From Octopus bimaculoides (taxonomy: Eukaryota): a stretch of 63,967 nt of DNA. The position numbers and the translations under genes were made by a program. The stretch spans positions 93,460,549 through 93,524,515 of the forward strand of contig NC_068988.1 of NCBI RefSeq assembly GCF_001194135.2. The letters are read 5' to 3'. Positions 12,015 through 23,633 of this stretch are shown here, one piece after another. Numbering within the stretch: the first letter of the stretch is position 1; every line of letters begins with the position of its first letter. Below the pieces are notes generated by a model. That model had not been told where the DNA came from and ran no database searches. It saw only the letters and a list, made by a program, of their open reading frames with translations.

Positions 12015-12552
12015 TACACCTGACGTGTGACACACCAGAAAAGGTCACAGAAAACGAGAAAACAACCATACTCTGGGATATGCCAATACACACAGATAGA
12101 GAAATTAAGGCAAATAGACCAGATATAGTTGTCAAAGATAATGAAGAAAAAAATGCTTTCTAATTGATGTATCAATACCAGCAGATTACAACGTTTCCCT
12201 AAAAGAAACGGAAAAACTTTCAAAATACAAAGACCTGGAAATAGAGGTAACTCGAATGTGGAATCTAAAAGCAGAAACAATTCCTGTCATAGTAGGTGCC
12301 TTGGTATAATAAAAAATATTCAGACAGATACATAACAAAAACACCAGGACTTACAAATATATATAACATACAGAAAATTGCACTATTGGGCACTGCACAC
12401 ATCCTACGCAAAACACTTTCAATACAGTAACCATAAGAGCATCACAGCAAACCACAGCACATACCCAAGGCACACAGAGCTGCGCTCGGTAGTGAAGTGA
12501 AAGCACGTTATAAAAATAAAACTACTGAACAATAATAATAATAATAATAATA
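12015..12552 (+). mobile_element. R4/Dong-type non-LTR retrotransposon 3' end (restriction-like endonuclease domain, 3' UTR, (AAT)n)
   Basis: ILWDMPIHTDREIKANRPDIVVKD / LIDVSIP...KETEKLSKYKDLEIEVTRMW...IPVIVGALG / QKIALLGTAHILRKTLSIQ* with frameshifts; stop at 12428-12430; ends in (AAT)n. Confidence 0.88.
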
Positions 12553-12715
12553 ACATCGAAAAATACCTTAGGAATGAGAATCCAGGTTCGAAATTTCCCC
12601 GAGACACCTGATGAAGGCTGGAGAGTATATCAGCCGAAACGTTGTGTTAACAACAAACAATATGAAGACAAATATCCGTCAAATGTAAATAATGTAAATA
12701 ATGAATACCAGTTAT
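12553..12715 (+). mobile_element. Penelope-like element terminal-repeat fragment
   Basis: Carries CTGATGAAGG...CCGAAACGTT, the hammerhead signature described for PLE terminal repeats; ends in short AAATGTAAATAATG repeats. Confidence 0.6.
12603..12648 (+). ncRNA. minimal type I hammerhead ribozyme motif
   Basis: Stem I GACAC/GTGTT; core CTGATGA plus one extra A; stem II GGCTG/CAGCC with a 10-nt loop; GAA; palindromic stem III ACGT; cleavage triplet GUU (cut after 12643). Confidence 0.75.
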
Positions 12716-12869
12716 GAACTGAAGGCCATTTTATCAACTTTTCATTTAGTATTAAACTTTACTGCTTTGTTTGAAAACCTTCTTAGTGCAAGTTTTTTGG
12801 TCAAAGGGTCAAATCCCTTATCTTGTTATATATTATTATTTCATTCGTTCAGTATTTCCAGCCCGAGAG

Positions 12870-13420
12870 CTGGGGCACTGCCGTTAGCTTTGCTGCATTT
12901 TCACTACTTGAAAACTCCTGTGATATGTGGCATTTGGTGAATGAGGAAATTTGATGTTGCTTTCCTCCTTTGCGTTTTCTGCCGCGAGGTAAGTTCATCA
13001 GGAACTTTTAACAGGAGGAAATCCAGTTTTGAATTGATGGCAACTGCAACCACCCCATGAAGTTCTCTCAGGCTTTTGGAGAGGATATTGAAGAGCTGTG
13101 GGCCCCCGAAACCCAAAGCTGTTGCAGTATATGATACAGTATCCTGATGGTAATGTTGGGATCCTTGGCACTATGCAGTGGCGTCCCGTTCTGCTGTTTA
13201 TGTAAATTTCGATGCCAAAGTTTAGCACAAGTCTCGCAGGATTTTCCAGGAATATATCACTGCATTTCCTTCACGTCTTCATTCTATGGAGTTGGCTCTT
13301 AACTTTTTCAGCCTTTTCCAGTTGCTGATATGTCGCATTGAGATATTTAATGATGAATTTGGTCATGAAACATGCACAATCCATGCAGAAGTGAATAAGA
13401 AATAATATTCAAGCGTCCTT
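12870..13420 (-). mobile_element. CR1-like LINE 3' fragment, decayed
   Basis: Minus strand WKRLKKL..SIE*RRE..AVIYSWKILRDLVLNFGI...RTGRHCIVP / FGGPQLFNIL.KSLR...KLDFLL.KVPDE...SNFLIHQ; same family as 29378-29503. Confidence 0.8.
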
Positions 13421-14393
13421 TCCAGGAGGAGTAACAACTTTTCTCATCAGTTTAACATTTACGAATTCTTACAATAAACTCACTGAAGTTCTTAGACTAT
13501 CAAAAAAAGAAGAAAAAAAAAAGAAATATAGGAAGAAATGAAACAAACGTTAATAGAAAAATGAGACACAAAAATTAGAAACATGCGTTAAATTTGAAGA
13601 ATTCGTTAAATAAAATCATGATAAGATTAAACTTGTTAACAACAGATACACATGAGCAAATATTATTTTGAGAGATTTGGAACACTTTTTTCTTTCTTTC
13701 TTTCTTTCTTATCTTTTCTTTCTTTCCTTTTCTATTTTCTTTTTCTTTCTTGGTTCTGCCGTTCGCGTGTTTGTTTTCGAAACAGTTTATTCTTAAGTGA
13801 ACAGTCGCGGTTTTGGTAAGTGAACAGTCGTAGGCATTAATGAAATACCGTAAACATAAATAATATTTCGACTCTCAGATAACAGATGGTGTCTACATTA
13901 CGAGATTTAGGGACACTAATGGCTTCTAGAATGGTTAGATTCGGTCATAAAATTCTTCAGCACCCAACTGTGCTCACGCAAAACAATACATAAACGCATA
14001 CACATAGATACATACACATCTGCTGCATGAATATATATGCATTGTTTATATGCACACAGATACACATATATAAATACACACATACATCAACATATATGTA
14101 TATATAATACAAGCTTGGAAAGCGTCCATTGTTTGCTTTTATTTCACTGTTTATTAATGTTGCTGTTATTATTCTTGGTGTTGTTGATTTAGTTGCTGCC
14201 CTTGTTGTTGTTGTTGTTTCCCTAGTAAGCTCGTTTACAGACCCCTTTTCGTCAATAATTTATGTTTAAGAACATTTGTGCTGTTATATTTTTATCCTAA
14301 TTCTCTTAATAAAAAATTCGTGGTTACATTCACACACATGTATGCATGTATATCTGTGTGTGTATACATATACGAAATTGCATATGCACGCAC

Positions 14394-14431
<38 letters not shown>

Positions 14432-15689
14432 CACACACTTTATACAGCGCATGCACTCACAGAGATTCGCATATGATATGAACACATTCTAACATAATAA
14501 ATGAAATAACATCATAAAAAAATCATGAGAAGAAAGCAAATATCACTTTAACCATTCTTGAAATCTTTGATCAAACTTTCCCCGTTATTATCAACATCGC
14601 AATAACTTCTTAAATTTTATATAAACGGGTTGGAATGGAGCCTCCACTAACTGAAGTCTAACTATGAGAAATATAAATTTCTGAGTTGGATTCTTGTAAC
14701 CTTTTTAGATAGTGATTCTTCTATAAAAAGATATTCTTTTGAAGTTTGATGCGCCCATCACCTAATAAACAATAGGTATTTGCTAATACAAACCAGCAAA
14801 ATATTAATCAATTTTCTCTCAGAAGTATACCACAACTTGTTAAACTTATTTGATATCAAGCCGCCTGAAGTCGCCGTGAGTTCTATGATAAAATCTTTCC
14901 TTTTAAAGTGATTTAAATCAAACGTTTGCATTCAAATTTCACGTAAATTTTTGTTACAAACTATAACTTAATTCATTTTACTAAATTCTTTATTATTTTA
15001 AAAACTAATTGAAAAACGGCGGTGTATTTCCTCAACAAAAGGGTGAACAAACCTGTTCCTAGTATATGATTAAGCGGGATAACCTTGGCTTTTAATCATA
15101 AGTCTATTTAATCAGGACCTCACTTTGCAACGAGAAAAAGATTAAAGATAAAAGATGCTGAAAATAAAATCGAAGGGGGTGATTGAATCGATTGTTCTAT
15201 CTAGCATTATTGAAGGTCTTGTGACTATATAAGGAACCAACATTGTTTTTTGTTTTTTTAAATAAGTTTTTAATCTATTAAGATAGATAAACGTGAAAAT
15301 GTGAAGGAAGTTCTAATTAAATAATCTGCTTTTCAACCGCCGCGAATTTTGATTAAGATCTCTGTTACATTTCTGGGCCAGTAGAGTCGACTGATAGACT
15401 TACAAACACGAAATACAAATCTTATCCGCATCTTTCATTTACTGTCTCTTTCAGCAACCTTTTTCATATGATGTGTCCTATCATCTTACTTCCGTTTCTG
15501 TCGTCTCGTGTGTTACCATTGTTCACTTCCGGTTTTCTTCCCTTCTACTTCACTTAAATTTTCCTCCATTGCCGTCAGCTTACCTGTCATGGCGATTTAT
15601 TTCAGACACCGTTGACTGATGGTGTCACTACTTTTAATTTCATTAGTAGCAACTCGAGCCACGGTTGGCTCACTTCCGCTTTCGCTGAC

Positions 15690-15990
15690 TACTTGTTGTT
15701 GTGGTTGTGACAGTGGTGGTGGTGGTGGTAGTGGTAGTGGCGGCGGCGATGAGTAGTTGTGATTGCTGTTGTTGTTGTTGTGGTGGTGGTGGCGGTGGTC
15801 GTGGTGGTGATAGTAATTGTGACTGTTGTGGTAGTGGTGTTGATAATGTTGATAATGTGATGGTGGCGATAGTTGTGATCTTTGCAGTAGTGGCGGTGGT
15901 GTTGATGGTAGTGGTAGTGGTGGTGAGTGTTGTTGTGGTTGTAGTGATAGTGGTGACGGTGATTGTTGTGGTAGTGGGTGATGCTTATGT
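15690..15990. repeat. cryptic (GTN/GGT)n trinucleotide low-complexity tract
   Basis: Direct reading; explains the Val-rich ORF 15701-16069. Confidence 0.9.
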
Positions 15991-16873
15991 TACTATGAAA
16001 ACTTCTGATTCCTTTATCAGATGTTTCTATCTCGCCAAACTAACTTTCGTTTTCATTGTCTGCTTGTAGTTAAAGAAAACTTCCGGATATCTTGTCTGAT
16101 CTATCTTTTCGAGTTTCCATTATACAATGTTACATGGAGTGACTCCAGTCATTTTAGTTTCAAATGTTAACCCAGCATTTCAAAACAATAAGTTGTTTTA
16201 CTATAACAGCCTCCATGTTTATAAAACATGACTTAATGTTATTTTTACGTTCAAAATCTTCCATCATTTTTACTCAGAACTAATATAGAATTACTCTTCA
16301 TTACATTTGTTCTGTTTTGTTTTGAATTCGTCTGCCCTTTGGGTAAATATTATTGGAGAGCTAATTTCTTCAAGATAATTGCTTGCCGTTTTCTCGGGTT
16401 ACTACAATGTTCAAGACGGCTCAATCTAATACTTTAAATAAATACGTCACGATTCCCACACATGCTGTTGGCATTATACTTGCTACGAAACTACAAAATT
16501 CTTATTTGCTTACCATTGTCATGAAACTGTAATACAACCGTACAACCATTCGCTAAATGATGGGCATCGACGCTAGTAAGTTGCTCGTATAAAAGTTGCA
16601 TTGGAAATTAAATTTATGAACGAAACGAAATAGAATACATACTGCCGCTCCAAGTCAGTGATTTTGATATCTACAATGAAAAAGTGGAATAAAAGTCATG
16701 GTGACCTATGTTTGGTGTTTTATAAGTAAACAGCAGAAGTTGTATCGTTCTAGGAGCTGAGTTCTAACTTCGTATCTCAGATGTTTAAATACTTATTGTA
16801 TTCCCTTGAATATACGCATGTGTAGGGTTTCCGTAAATTTGTCTCTTTTAACGTGAACTGAAACCACACAGTA

Positions 16874-16874
16874 C

Positions 16875-16968
<94 letters not shown>

Positions 16969-17150
16969 ATCTGTCTAGCTATCTGTCTGTCTGAGAAAGA
17001 AACACGTCTTTCTCTAGACAGACATGTAGATAGATAGGTAGTCAAATAGGCAGAGATTACCTCTGTCTGTCTGCCTGTCTGCCTGTCTGTCTGTCTGTTT
17101 ATCTATCTATCTATCTGTCTGTCTGTTTGTCTGTCTATCTATCTTTCTTT
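16874..17150. repeat. compound (TATC)n/(TGTC)n tetranucleotide satellite
   Basis: Direct reading. Confidence 0.9.
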
Positions 17151-17788
17151 CTCTCTATGTCTGGCTATTGTCAAATATAACCACTTATATATGCAAACAA
17201 ATTCACGATCACAAGTATATTCATTCAGACATGAATTTCTCTCACTCTCCCCAAAGACCGGGCAACGCTGAATGTCCCTCAGGGCAAGTCATTCATGGTT
17301 ATAACAAAAACAACAACAGCAACAACAACAATCTAAACAAGTAGACTTGTGGGACATAACATCAAAGATAATCTGGAGGTGAGCTGTTTTCGGAAACTAG
17401 TCTCAGGTATCAGGTTCAACTACTTCCATGTCACCCTTATTTTGTAAGTTATTCAGCAGCAGAGAGGAGGTTCTCAGATCTGAGAAGGCCTTCATCTAAT
17501 TATGTGATTGATGCAAGCGATGCTTAAACATCTGATGTTGAAATGCTTCTAAGAAGCTGATGGCCGAGGAGGAAATCGAGAATCTTACCGAAAAGCTTGC
17601 AACGGAATTAATTCTGCTCGAGGTACCCTAAGACCAAGTGATGAACTTAAGGTACCCTAAGACCTTAATTGGTAAACGTAAAGCAAGGGGAAAATAAAGC
17701 TTATGTTATTGATACTCTCAACGAAATTTAATTCACAATATTGTCTTTTAATAAAACTGAGATTGGGTGCACAATGAAAGGACAATAA

Positions 17789-17969
17789 TATTCTTTTCTA
17801 CTCTAGGCACAAGGCCCGAAATTTTTGCAACTGGTACTTAATTTATCGACCTCGAAAGGACGAAAGGCAAAGTCGACCTCGGCGGAATTTGAACTCAGAA
17901 CATAAAGACAGACGAAATACCGCTAATGTATTTCGCCTGGTGTGCTAACGTCTCTGCCAGCTCGCCGCC
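17789..17969 (-). mobile_element. family C SINE
   Basis: GGCACAAGGCCCGAAA...ACTGGTACTTAATTTATCGACC..GAAAGGACGAAAGGCAAAGTCGACCTCGGCGGAATTTGAACTCAGAAC...CTGCCAGCTCGCCGCC. Confidence 0.92.
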
Positions 17970-18494
17970 TGTTTATGTTCCTTTTCACCCCATCCCCTCG
18001 TATGTATACGTGTATATATATGTATACGTGTATATATATGTATACGTGTATATATATGTATACGTGTATNNNNNNNNNNNNNNNNNNNNNNNNNNNNNNN
18101 NNNNNNNNNNNNNNNNNNNNNNNNNNNNNNNNNNNNNNNNNNNNNNNNNNNNNNNNNNNNNNNNNNNNNNNNNNNNNNNNNNNNNNNNNNNNNTAGCTTC
18201 ATATATATATATGAAGCTAAAATTTAACACCTAATTGCATTCTTTTGTGAAATCTTGAAAAATTCCTTTACAAAAAGTTGACACACCCAATTGTTAAGTT
18301 TTTAAATACTGGACGAAACCTTGAACCTTTAACTTTTACATTGACAAAGCAAAGGATTAAATCCACTCAAACAAAAATGATAAAATTGCAGGTCTATTAG
18401 TTTGACGCTCGGGAAGGTGAGAACGTCTTTTACGTTTCGAGTCTACGCTCTTCAACAGAAAGGAACACGAGGAAATAAACAGAGAGAGTATATA

Positions 18495-19060
18495 CGAGGG
18501 TGAGTCAAAAAGTAATGCCATTTTGTTTAGGACAGGTATAATTATCAATATAGGAACATGTATCGTAAATCAATATGAAGCTGATCCTCTGTGGATCACT
18601 TCCCTACTCTCCAACATAGATATCGTTTCTCTCAATAGCAATGTTCCACCTTCGAATGAGAGCATGTATCCCTGCCCCGTAAAATTCTGTTGACTGTTCT
18701 TTGAGCCACTTCTTCACTACAGTTTTCACTTCCTCGTCACTGGAATAATGTTTGCCTCTCAAACCCTCTCTCATGGGGCCGAAGAGATGTTAGTCCAGTG
18801 ACGATGATAGTGCAGTGACGAGGAATTGAAAACTGTAGTGAAGCAGTGGCTCAAAGAACAGTGAACAGAATTTTACGGGGCAGAGATACATGCTCTCATT
18901 CGAAGGTGGAACATTGCTATTGAGAGAAACGATATCTATGTTGAGAAGTGGGGATGTGATCCACAGAGGAGCAGCTTCATTTTGATGTATGATACATGTT
19001 CCTGTGTTGGTAATTATACCTGTCCTAAACAAAATGGCATTACTGTTTGACTCACGCTCG
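18495..19060. mobile_element. fold-back mariner derivative: two inverted copies of the transposon 3' end
   Basis: TA-flanked TIR CGAGGGTGAGTCAAAAAGTAATGCC. Arms 18495-18742 and 18813-19060 (248 bp, 18 mismatches by hand count). Encodes the mariner C-terminus (HLFGPMREGLRGKHYSSDEEVKTVVKKWLKEQ...IHALIRRWNIAIE). Confidence 0.93.
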
Positions 19061-19604
19061 TATATATAACTGCGAATGTACATGCATATTTTCGCCCGCG
19101 CGTATTTGTATCTGTATATTTGTGTGTGTGTCTGTAAAAAGCTGTATCCATGTGAGGAACACCGACAGTAGCAGCATCTGTAGCATAAGACACTCCAGCA
19201 AAAAGAGCAAAGAAACCTGCCCCGTTGCAAGCATATTGTATCATTAGTAAGCTGTTGTAGGTAAGCTTGTTGGATCGCTGATCAGTGAAGAATATTACGT
19301 CTCCACGCTAAACCGATATCTCTAATAACAAGTACATTGTTAATTAGTCTGTCTTGTTAAATTCTAGCTGATCTTCTGATGTGTTGCAGCCACGAATATC
19401 CTGCTCTGTTTACAAAAGAAAAAAAATGAAAACTGGCAATCGAAGGAATGTAGTATATCAGGAACCAACAAGGCATTCCATAAATATATTTGAAGAACGC
19501 ATAAACATCCACGATCGCATAGCTGCATCTACACGTGTGTGTCTGTGTATATGCATTTTATTGTTGCAGTATGGCATGGCATGGCATATATGTATGTGTG
19601 AGTA

Positions 19605-19662
19605 TGTTTGTATGTGAGTGTATGTATATATGTATATGGCTTCATATAAACAGACAGTTGAA

Positions 19663-19700
<38 letters not shown>

Positions 19701-19826
19701 GTTGTGTGTGTGTATATATATATTTATGTATAGATATATATGTGTGTTTGTATGTGAGTGTATGCATATATGTATATGGCTTCATATAAACAAACAGTTG
19801 AAGATATATATATATATATATATATA
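19605..19826. repeat. 140-bp-period tandem repeat running into an assembly gap
   Basis: TGTTTGTATGTGAGTGTATG.ATATATGTATATGGCTTCATATAAACA.ACAGTTGAA at about 19605 and 19745. Confidence 0.8.
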
Positions 19827-20799
19827 NNNNNNNNNNNNNNNNNNNNNNNNNNNNNNNNNNNNNNNNNNNNNNNNNNNNNNNNNNNNNNNNNNNNNNNNNN
19901 NNNNNNNNNNNNNNNNNNNNNNNNNNNNNNNNNNNNNNNNNNNNNNNNNNNNNNNNNNNNNNNNNNNNNNNNNNNNNNNNNNNNNNNNNNNNNNNNNNNN
20001 NNNNNNNNNNNNNNNNNNNNNNNNNNNNNNNNNNNNNNNNNNNNNNNNNNNNNNNNNNNNNNNNNNNNNNNNNNNNNNNNNNNNNNNNNNNNNNNNNNNN
20101 NNNNNNNNNNNNNNNNNNNNNNNNNNNNNNNNNNNNNNNNNNNNNNNNNNNNNNNNNNNNNNNNNNNNNNNNNNNNNNNNNNNNNNNNNNNNNNNNNNNN
20201 NNNNNNNNNNNNNNNNNNNNNNNNNNNNNNNNNNNNNNNNNNNNNNNNNNNNNNNNNNNNNNNNNNNNNNNNNNNNNNNNNNNNNNNNNNNNNNNNNNNN
20301 NNNNNNNNNNNNNNNNNNNNNNNNNNNNNNNNNNNNNNNNNNNNNNNNNNNNNNNNNNNNNNNNNNNNNNNNNNNNNNNNNNNNNNNNNNNNNNNNNNNN
20401 NNNNNNNNNNNNNNNNNNNNNNNNNNNNNNNNNNNNNNNNNNNNNNNNNNNNNNNNNNNNNNNNNNNNNNNNNNNNNNNNNNNNNNNNNNNNNNNNNNNN
20501 NNNNNNNNNNNNNNNNNNNNNNNNNNNNNNNNNNNNNNNNNNNNNNNNNNNNNNNNNNNNNNNNNNNNNNNNNNNNNNNNNNNNNNNNNNNNNNNNNNNN
20601 NNNNNNNNNNNNNNNNNNNNNNNNNNNNNNNNNNNNNNNNNNNNNNNNNNNNNNNNNNNNNNNNNNNNNNNNNNNNNNNNNNNNNNNNNNNNNNNNNNNN
20701 NNNNNNNNNNNNNNNNNNNNNNNNNNNNNNNNNNNNNNNNNNNNNNNNNNNNNNNNNNNNNNNNNNNNNNNNNNNNNNNNNNNNNNNNNNNNNNNNNNN
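19827..20799. other. largest assembly gap (others at about 5508-5743, 18070-18193, 26017-26111, 28845-29376, 45615-45945, 59016-59089, plus three 10-N gaps)
   Basis: N runs, nearly all flanked by (TA)n or (GT)n. Confidence 0.99.
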
Positions 20800-21213
20800 T
20801 ATATAATACAGATATATATGCGTGTATGTATATATATATATATATATATATATGTATTTCTATATGTATATACACACACATACATGTTTATATATGTATG
20901 TATGCTTGTGTTTATATGTGTGTGTGTGTAATGTATCGTAGCAATGAAGATGTTCTAAATGTTATATTTAATACGTCATATCTGTGTATGAATACTCAAT
21001 GTTATATCAATAAAATATCATTATACATTGTTAATATATGCATAGATGTACCCTACCAATGAAAGTCTTAACGAATGTTCAATAAGTCGATGATACTGCA
21101 CTCTATAGACGTGCTTATCAACATATGTCAATGTCTATATTCAATATACAATTGTATCCTTCAACAATATTGCTGAAAGTGTATGTTAAATTTTCTTATT
21201 ATTTTGATTTCAG

Positions 21214-21487
21214 AAATATGCTATTCCATCTATGTACGACGTCAGCAGTCCTGGACATTACATTCACCAAGGGTCAAGCTCAGTTACGAAGAGTGACGAG
21301 GAGTTCGAAAAAGGTGACCAATCGAAAGGAAGTGTACAATATCTCAATCCCAACTGTGTTCTTCTAACTTACTTTACGGGAGAAACGTCGGTTGTTGTAG
21401 ACGAACATTTTACTAGGTCCCTCAATCAAGTTAGCAGTTATCAACCACCAGACAGATCTGCCAGTAAAACATCATTCTCGCGACCAG
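21214..21487 (+). CDS. vg: vestigial-like coding exon with TONDU (Vg/TEAD-binding) domain: KYAIPSMYDVSSPGHYIHQGSSSVTKSDEEFEKGDQSKGSVQYLNPNCVLLTYFTGETSVVVDEHFTRSLNQVSSYQPPDRSASKTSFSRP
   Basis: Acceptor ttttgatttcag|AAA at 21213/21214; donor CCAG|gtgagt at 21487/21488. YLNPNCVLLTYFTG...VVDEHFTRSL matches the Vg/VGLL TONDU motif (21355-21423). Confidence 0.95.
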
Positions 21488-21743
21488 GTGAGTGGCTTTC
21501 TCACACGTTCACTTCCAAATATATGACTTGCTTATCAAATGAATATTTCATACATAAACATGCATACACACACACGCACACACACACACACACTCATACA
21601 TATATGTGTGTGTTCTGATATGAGGTTTCATTCCGTCGTTACTGATTGGTGAGTGAAGCCTCAGTTATTTCTTTCGAATGTGAAAAAAAAACGTATATCA
21701 ATATATGTATATATATACATATATACATACATAAGTACGTACG

Positions 21744-21776
<33 letters not shown>

Positions 21777-23633
21777 GTATGTACTACGTAGATATGTATA
21801 TATATATATATATATATACGTATCCATGTATGTACGTGTGAACGTACGTGTGTATGTACGTATGTATGCATGTACGTATGTATATATGTATCTATGTACG
21901 CATAAGTGCACGAAACTCCCGGCTTTTGAGTCGCTAATATAGCTTCTCAGTTACATCATGCTGGCATTGTTTGTACTTAAATAGAAATCCACAACCAAAC
22001 TCGGAGCTATAATGGATGTCTGTTCAATGAAATATTGAGTATTTGGGAATATAAAAACATATGAATTATTTTGAAGTTCTAAAGATCCTATGCTTACAAG
22101 ATGTTACTTATTCTGAATGTTCGTTAAACTACATGGGCTTAAAAATAAAACTTCAAATGATTTAGACGTGAAAAATTAATAATGTCTATTTGTTTGTGTA
22201 GGTTTTGCAAAAAATGAAAATAAAAGTTTCCATTTAATATTAAGACACTTTAAAGACCAAATTTCGGTTTTTCTGGATTTTAGGTTTCTAAATATGTGTC
22301 TATGTGTGCTGATAAAATCTTTTATTTAAAAACTCAGTGGTTAGACCAATATATTAGGCTGATCGTGACGCAATAAAGTACTTCTTGTTTTTTTCTTTTG
22401 CCGTAGAATTCACTTTTAAGGCTAAAAGCACGTTCTTGTATAAATGATTTAAATCATTTTTTATATTTGTATTTCAGAGAGAATTGCTCTGATACTAGTT
22501 TGGAGATATCTATTGTTATAAGTTATTAATTCGAACCGTGAATTATACCACCAATCTTTGTGTTTCTATGTTTGTGCAACCGCCGCTGATTTTGATTGCT
22601 TGTAATGGTTGAATGTCATGTTAAAAAATGATGTTTTTTTTTAAATGTAGATTGCTTCAAGAAAATATTTTTTAGTAAGTTCTTATTAATAAGATTATGG
22701 GAATGACTGGAGAAGTTATGAACCTATTGATGCTCTTCATTTTCTTTTTCATAGGGTGTATATTGTGAATTATCTCGGTTAAAATGTATCAAGAAAGCTA
22801 ACATCTTTAAAAGCTTCAACTGTAAAAGAAAAACCTAAATTTTTGAAATATCTATGGGAGTTTTTACAGAATCCATCAGTTATTTAGGTGTTTAAGTTAA
22901 TATTAACAAACCATCTTCCTCACAAAAGCGACTTGCGATACAAGTAGAGTTGTCATAAAACAACAGAGTCTTAGTACCGGTCGTAGGTTTGTATGTTAAG
23001 TGCAGTGATCGTAGAGCAGTAAATTTTTGTTCTTATATCAAATTGTAAGAAGTGAGTTTCCTTCTATCAAGAAAAATGCTAAGCTGCTTTATTTACACGT
23101 GTTGTTGACGGATTTGTGATCTGACGATCTCCAAAAACAGGGGTTCACGAGTGAACCAATGTGCAGTCATGTACAACGTGACCACTCGACCTGCTACAAG
23201 TAGCAATCAAATCTCAGCTTCGGATAAAAACCTACTCATTTCTACTTGATTAAAGCTTAGTTTCAGAAAGGGCAAGATCTTATATGATTGAAGTAGTGAT
23301 ACTTAAATCGGTTTGGAAGGGTTAATATGTTCTGTGGAAGGGAGGTGGGTAAAAGTGGTTGATGTGCTTTAAAAGAAAAGTTTGTTTTTTCATGTTACAG
23401 AATGTTTCGGCCCCTATTTCATCATCTAGTTCTGTGACGATATTCTAAGCGGCAGTATTTATATTGTTTAAAATAGCATAACATATTTTTTAAAGATAAA
23501 GATTAGTTATAGAATAGATAAAGATCGGTGGGAGGTTTGTAAGCGCCATATTAGTTTTTTTTTTTCTATTTTATTTGGATGAAAAAATATATTGCTTCTT
23601 GCTATTAGCTTTTTAAAAAGTGTGTTACGATGG

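Noticed and set aside
15701-16069. 122-aa Val/Cys/Gly-rich ORF
   Set aside because: Trinucleotide low-complexity repeat with a GTG start and no domain signal.
17621-17664. 15-bp direct repeat AGGTACCCTAAGACC around a 14-bp spacer
   Set aside because: Isolated micro-duplication. Similar ones at 25264-25295, 37206-37275 and 55419-55469 are consistent with ordinary replication slippage.
18194-18219. Perfect 26-bp palindrome TAGCTTCATATATATATATGAAGCTA
   Set aside because: Abuts an assembly gap and is centred on (AT)n; likely a contig-end artefact or chance.
19014-19244. Protein-like minus-strand ORF (MIQYACNGAGFFALFAGVSYATDAATVG...)
   Set aside because: Runs into microsatellite and mariner TIR; no recognisable family or splice context.
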